From the NCBI GenBank assembly GCA_964016885.1, contig OZ024744.1, forward strand, positions 21,886,001-21,950,000: 64,000 nt of DNA, read 5' to 3'. This document shows positions 59,209 through 64,000 of this stretch, one piece after another. A program made the translations under genes and the position numbers. Below the pieces are notes generated by a model. That model had not been told where the DNA came from. It was given only the letters and a program-made list of their open reading frames with translations, and did not search any database. This DNA comes from Eledone cirrhosa. Its lineage: Eukaryota. Numbering within the stretch: the first letter of the stretch is position 1; the number at the start of each line of letters is the position of its first letter.

Positions 59209-62200
59209 TTGAACATGTGACAGCTACAACAGCTATGACATGTTCAGACAGAAGATATCACAGGCACAACAGCTATGACATCTTCAGACAGTTAGAAGAG
59301 GTGACAGCCACAACAGCTATGACATCTTTAGACAGTTAGAAGAGGTGACAGCCACAACAGCTATGACATGTTGAGACAGTTAGAAGAGGTGACAGCCACA
59401 ACAGCTCTGACATCTTCAGACAGTTAGAAGAGGTGACAGCCACAACAGCTATGACATCTTCAGACAGTTAGAAGAGGTGACAGCCACAACAGCTATGACA
59501 TCTTCAGATAGTTTGAAGAGGTGACAGGCACAACAGCTATGACCTCTTCAGACAGTTAAAAGAGGTGACAGCCACAACAGCTATGACATCTTCAGACAGA
59601 AAAGGTGACAGGCACAACAGCTATGACATCTTCAGATTGAACATGTGACAGCTACAACAGCTATGACATGTTCAGACAGAAGAGATGACAGGCACAACAG
59701 CTATGACATCTTCAGACAGTTAGAAGAGGTGACAGCCACAACAGCTATGACATCTTCAGACAGTTAGAAGAGGTGACAGCCACAACAGCTATGACATCTT
59801 TAGACAGTTAGAAGAGGCGACAGCCACAACAGCTATGACATCTTCAGACAGTTTGAAGAGGTGACAGCCACAACAGCTATGACATGTTGAGACAGTTAGA
59901 AGAGGTGACAGCCACAACAGCTATGACATCTTCAGACAGTTAGAAGAGGTGACAGCCACAACAGCTATGACATCTTCAGACAGAATAGCTAACGGGCACA
60001 ACAGCATGACATCTTCAGATAGAACATGTGACAGCTACAACAGCTATGACATTTTCAGACAGAAGAGATGACAGGCACAACAGCTATGCCATCTTCAGAA
60101 AGTTAGAAGAGGTGACAGCTACAGCAGCTATGACATCTTCAGACAGTTAGAAGAGGCGACAGCCACAACAGCTATGACATCTTCAGACAGTTTGAAGAGG
60201 TGACAGCCACAACAACTATGACATCTTCAGACAGTTAGAAGAGGTGACAGGCACAACAGCTATGACATCTTCAGACAGAAGTGGTGACAGGCACAACAGC
60301 TATGACATCTTCAGATTGAACATGTGACAGCTACAACAGCTATTACATTTTCAGACAGAAGAGATGACAGGCACAACAGCTATGTCATCTTCAGACAGTT
60401 AGAAGAGGTGACAGCCACAACAGCTATGACATCTTCAGACAGTTAGAAGAGGTGACAGCCACAACAGCTATGACATCTTTAGACAGTTAGAAGAGGCGAC
60501 AGCCACAACAGCTATGACATCTTCAGACAGTTTGAAGAGATGACAGCCACAACAGCTATGACATGTTGAGACAGTTAGAAGAGGTGACAGCCACAACAGC
60601 TCTGACATCTTCAGACAGTTAGAAGAGGTGACAGCCACAACAGCTATGACATCTTCAGACAGTTAGAAGAGGTGACAGCCACAACAGCTATGACATCTTC
60701 AGATAGTTTGAAGAGGTGACAGGCACAACAGCTATGACATCTTCAGACAGCTAGAAGAGGTGACAGCCACAACAGCTATGACATCTTCAGACAGTTAGAA
60801 GAGGTGACATCCACAACAGCTATAACATCTTCACACAGAAGAGGTGACAGGCACAACAGCTATGACATCTTCAGACAGTTAGAAGAGGTGACAGCCACAA
60901 CAACTATAACATCTTCAGACAGTTAGAAGAGGTGACAAGCACAACAGCTATGACATCTTCAGACAGTTAGAAGAGGTGACAGCCACAACAGCTATGACAT
61001 ATTTAGACAGAATAGCTGACAGCCACAACAGCTATGACATCTTCAGACAGTTAGAAGAGGTGACAGGCACAACAGCTATGACATCTTCAGACAGTTAGAA
61101 GAGGTGACAGGCACAACAACTATGACATCTTCAGACAGTTAGAAGAGGTGACAGGCACAACAGATATGACATATTCAGACAGAAGAGGTGACAGGCACAA
61201 CAGCTATGACATCTTCATACATTTGGAAGAGGTGACAGCCACAACAGCTATGACATCTTCAGACAGTTAGAAGAGGTGACAGCCACAACAGCTATGACAT
61301 CTTCAGACAGTTAGAAGAGGTGACAGCCACAACAGCTATGACATCTTCAGATGTTAGAAGAGGTGACAGGCACAACAGCTATGACATCTTCAGACAGTTG
61401 GAAGAGGTGACAGACACAACAGCTATGACATCTTCAGACAGTTAGAAGAGGTGACAGCCACAACAGCTATGACATCTTCAGACTGTTAGAAGAGGTGACA
61501 GGCACAGCAGCTATGACATCTGCAGACAGTTAGAAGAGGTGACAGCCACAACAGCTATGACATCTTCAGACAGTTAGAAGAGGTGACAAGCACAGCTATG
61601 ACATCTTCAGACAGAAGAGGTGACAGCCACAACAGCTATGACATCTTCAGATTGTTAGAAGAGGTGACAGGCACAACAGCTATGACATCTTCTGACAGTT
61701 AGAAGAGGTGACAGGCGCAGCAGCTAAGACATATTCAGACAGTTAGACCAGGTGACAGGTACAATAGTTATGACATCTTCAGACAGTTAGAAGAGGTGAC
61801 AGCCACAACAGCTATGACATCTTCAGACAGTTAGAAGAGGTGACAGCCACAACAGCTATGACATCTTCAGACATTTAGAAGTGGTGACAGCCACAACAGC
61901 TATGACGTCTTCAGACAGAAGAGGTGACAGGCACAACAGCTATGACATCTTCAGACAGTTAGAAGAGGTGACAGCCACAACAGCTATGACATCTTCAGAC
62001 TGTTAGAAGAGGTGACAGGCACAGTAGCTATGACATCTGCAGACAGTTAGAAGAGGTGACAGGCACAACAGCTATGACATCTTCAGACATTTGGAAGAGG
62101 TGACAGCCACAACAGCTATGACATCTTCAGACAGTTAGAAGATGTGACAGCCACAACAGCTATGACATATTCAGACAGTTAGAAGAGGTGACAGCCACAA

Positions 62201-62501
62201 CAGCTATAACATCTTCAGACAGTTAGAAGAGGTGACAAGCACAACAGCTATGACATCTTCAGACAGTTAGAAGAGGTGACAGGCACAACAGCTATGACAT
62301 CTTCAGACAGTTAGAAGAGGTGATAGCTACAACAGCTATGACATCTTCTGACAGTTAGAAGAGGTGAATTCAACAGCTATTGAATTGTGGCTATCAGAGA
62401 AATATATTTAACTGTAATGAAAGAAGTAAATTATGAAATGTTGACTTTTGTTTATATATATATATGTATTAAGATTGGTTCTTTGAAATAGCGATGTATA
62501 C

Positions 62502-62947
62502 GGCAATATACCGTATGTTTAATTAAAAACATTTAGAAGACCATACGCTATCGGTTTTAATGTACTGACTATGTCACTTACTTCTTTTCGCCGAAAGACT
62601 GGAGGGAAGCTAACAGTCTGTTTCACACTGGTTGGCGATCTTCAGAGCAACGCACCCCCATATTAAATTAGGTACTATGTATTAATCCTAATACCTAATT
62701 TTTTCTGCATACCTAATTTTTGCTGTATAATCAGATCCTGATTATTACTGGAATTCTATAAGAATCCAGCTTCTATAATTTTCGGTCGAAGCAGGGGGTG
62801 CGTTGCTCTGATGATCGCCAACCAGCGTGAAACAGATTGTTGGCTTCTCTCCATTCTTTCGCCGAAAAGAAGTGACATACTCACTACATTAAAACCGATA
62901 ACGTATGGTCTTCTAAATGTTTTTAATTAAACATACGGTATATTGCC
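62502..62947. mobile_element. Non-autonomous foldback/MITE-like DNA element with long terminal inverted repeats (family unassigned)
   Basis: The left arm 62502-62659 (158 bp) and right arm 62794-62947 (154 bp) are reverse complements. The outer 46 bp match perfectly, followed by 10 mismatches and one 4-bp indel. The spacer is 134 bp. There is no ORF and no clean target-site duplication. Confidence 0.75.
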
Positions 62948-62965
62948 AAATATACTATGCATACA

Positions 62966-62968
<3 letters not shown>

Positions 62969-63000
<32 letters not shown>
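62969..63000. repeat. (AT)16 microsatellite
   Basis: Read directly from the sequence. Confidence 0.97.
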
Positions 63001-63003
<3 letters not shown>

Positions 63004-63304
63004 GCTATTCGCGGTTGTTACGTTGCTAGAGCACCCACGAAGAGTCAATATTTGACGTGGTCCATAAAAATGCCTATAAACTTCAAAACATAACGTACAA
63101 TATAGGCCGGTAAATACACTATATTGAAATTAATAATTTACGTTAAAAAGCGTGAAATTTATATATGGCTATGGAAAAAGCCATTAAAAAATCGCGAAAG
63201 ATATTTACGATTCCGTGAATATGCCGTAGTTTCTACGAACACTAGTTAGTTTCTGAGAAAAATTCCGCGAATAACCAGTGCCGCGAATGGAATGTAGTAC
63301 ACTG
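63001..63304. mobile_element. Degenerate Tc1/mariner (pogo/Tigger-like) MITE remnant with a truncated left tip
   Basis: TATTCGCGG (63006-63014) is the inverse of CCGCGAATA (63265-63273) and CCGCGAAT (63281-63288). The right end is ...GTACACTG followed by TA. The element lies between two (TA)n tracts. Family resemblance is from memory of CAGT...CCC..TAT(T/C)CGCGG-type termini, not from a search. Confidence 0.5.
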
Positions 63305-63305
63305 T

Positions 63306-63309
<4 letters not shown>

Positions 63310-63366
<57 letters not shown>
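63310..63366. repeat. (TA)n microsatellite, ~28 units
   Basis: Read directly from the sequence. Confidence 0.97.
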
Positions 63367-63368
<2 letters not shown>

Positions 63369-63603
63369 AAGAAATTAAAAGATGGTTTAAAAAGTTCCAT
63401 GTATTTTATTATGCGCATTTCAAAAACAAATATCACCTTGGGACGATATTTGCGTTCTCATCAGATAAAATAGGGAGACATGATATGATGCCTAAAAAAC
63501 ACTTGAGAACAAGGTAGTGTCTAGTTCTTATATATACTCCTGTCCAATAAACTGTTGAGTGCTACTTATCCTATATGTGCATTGTTCTACAATAAAACTT
63601 ACC

Positions 63604-63606
<3 letters not shown>

Positions 63607-63654
<48 letters not shown>
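63607..63654. repeat. (TA)24 microsatellite
   Basis: Read directly from the sequence. Confidence 0.97.
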
Positions 63655-63657
<3 letters not shown>

Positions 63658-63779
63658 GTGCGTACATATTTTTATGTCACGTGGGGAAGATAAGAAACGA
63701 AGTGGAGTATATTGTCAAGGAAGAATTATAGATAATTGATTGGATGCCTGGGTTCTAGAATATTCTTTATTTTAGTTTT

Positions 63780-64000
63780 ATCATCATCAATATCACCATC
63801 GTTATCATCGTTATCAACATCATCAACATGATCACCATCATCATGATCACCACCACCACTGCCCCCATCATCACCATCATCCTCATCACCGCCATCTTCA
63901 TCACCATCATCATCACCACCATCTCCATCATCCTCACCGCCATTATCCCCACCACCATCATCATCATTATCATCATCCTCACCACCATCATTATCATTAT
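63780..64000. repeat. Degenerate (CAT/CAC/TAT)n trinucleotide low-complexity tract running off the window
   Basis: ATC, ACC and ATT triplets stay in register to the window end. Confidence 0.93.

Larger units (their letters stand above)
1..62367. repeat. Satellite DNA array of 44-bp monomers with an interspersed 40-bp variant, head-to-tail in a single orientation, truncated by the left window edge
   Basis: Continuous repetition of AGAAGAGGTGACAG(C/G)(C/A)ACAACAGCTATGACATCTTCAGAC(AGTT). The consensus has A16 C10 G10 T8, no CpG and one AGCT site. No non-satellite insertion was seen. The last partial monomer ends at ...GAAGAGGTGA (62367). Confidence 0.98.

Noticed and set aside
1-62367. CRISPR array or another repeat-spacer system
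   Set aside because: The monomers abut with no unique spacers, variation is limited to point changes and a 4-bp indel, and there is no cas gene or leader. The flank looks eukaryotic.
62529-62646. Satellite-like words in the foldback arm (ACATTTAGAAGA at 62529-62540, GATCTTCAGA at 62637-62646) suggesting the satellite derives from the element
   Set aside because: The matches are only 10-12 bp, fit variant monomers rather than the consensus, and are not collinear, so they do not support homology.
63242-63436. 64-aa minus-strand ORF
   Set aside because: The YIYI run is a translation of the (TA)n microsatellite.
63655-63683. Two CACGTG E-box motifs
   Set aside because: They are isolated hexamers with no associated gene or promoter evidence.
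63767-63997. 76-aa Met-rich ORF, or a His-rich frame on the plus strand
   Set aside because: It is a translation of a degenerate trinucleotide microsatellite, with no supporting gene context.

Overview
This is non-coding, eukaryote-like repetitive DNA with no credible gene. Bases 1 to ~62367 are one head-to-tail satellite array of roughly 1,450 monomers, estimated from length; its left end lies outside the window. The consensus is AGAAGAGGTGACAGCCACAACAGCTATGACATCTTCAGACAGTT (44 bp), interleaved with a 40-bp form lacking 4 bp. Rare variant monomers reveal nested higher-order structure: a 616-bp 14-mer repeat domain, tandem duplications of 0.4-3.7 kb, and one very large duplication (~17-31 kb recurring, expanded, at ~31-60.6 kb). 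The array ends abruptly in a 20-bp near-palindrome followed by an inverted satellite fragment. The last 1.6 kb holds a 446-bp foldback/MITE-like element with ~155-bp inverted arms and a hairpin-rich spacer, a degenerate pogo/Tigger-like MITE, (TA)n tracts and a degenerate (CAT/CAC)n tract. All supplied ORFs are repeat read-throughs. I see no CRISPR array or new protein-coding system. All offsets were counted by hand, and duplication boundaries are approximate.
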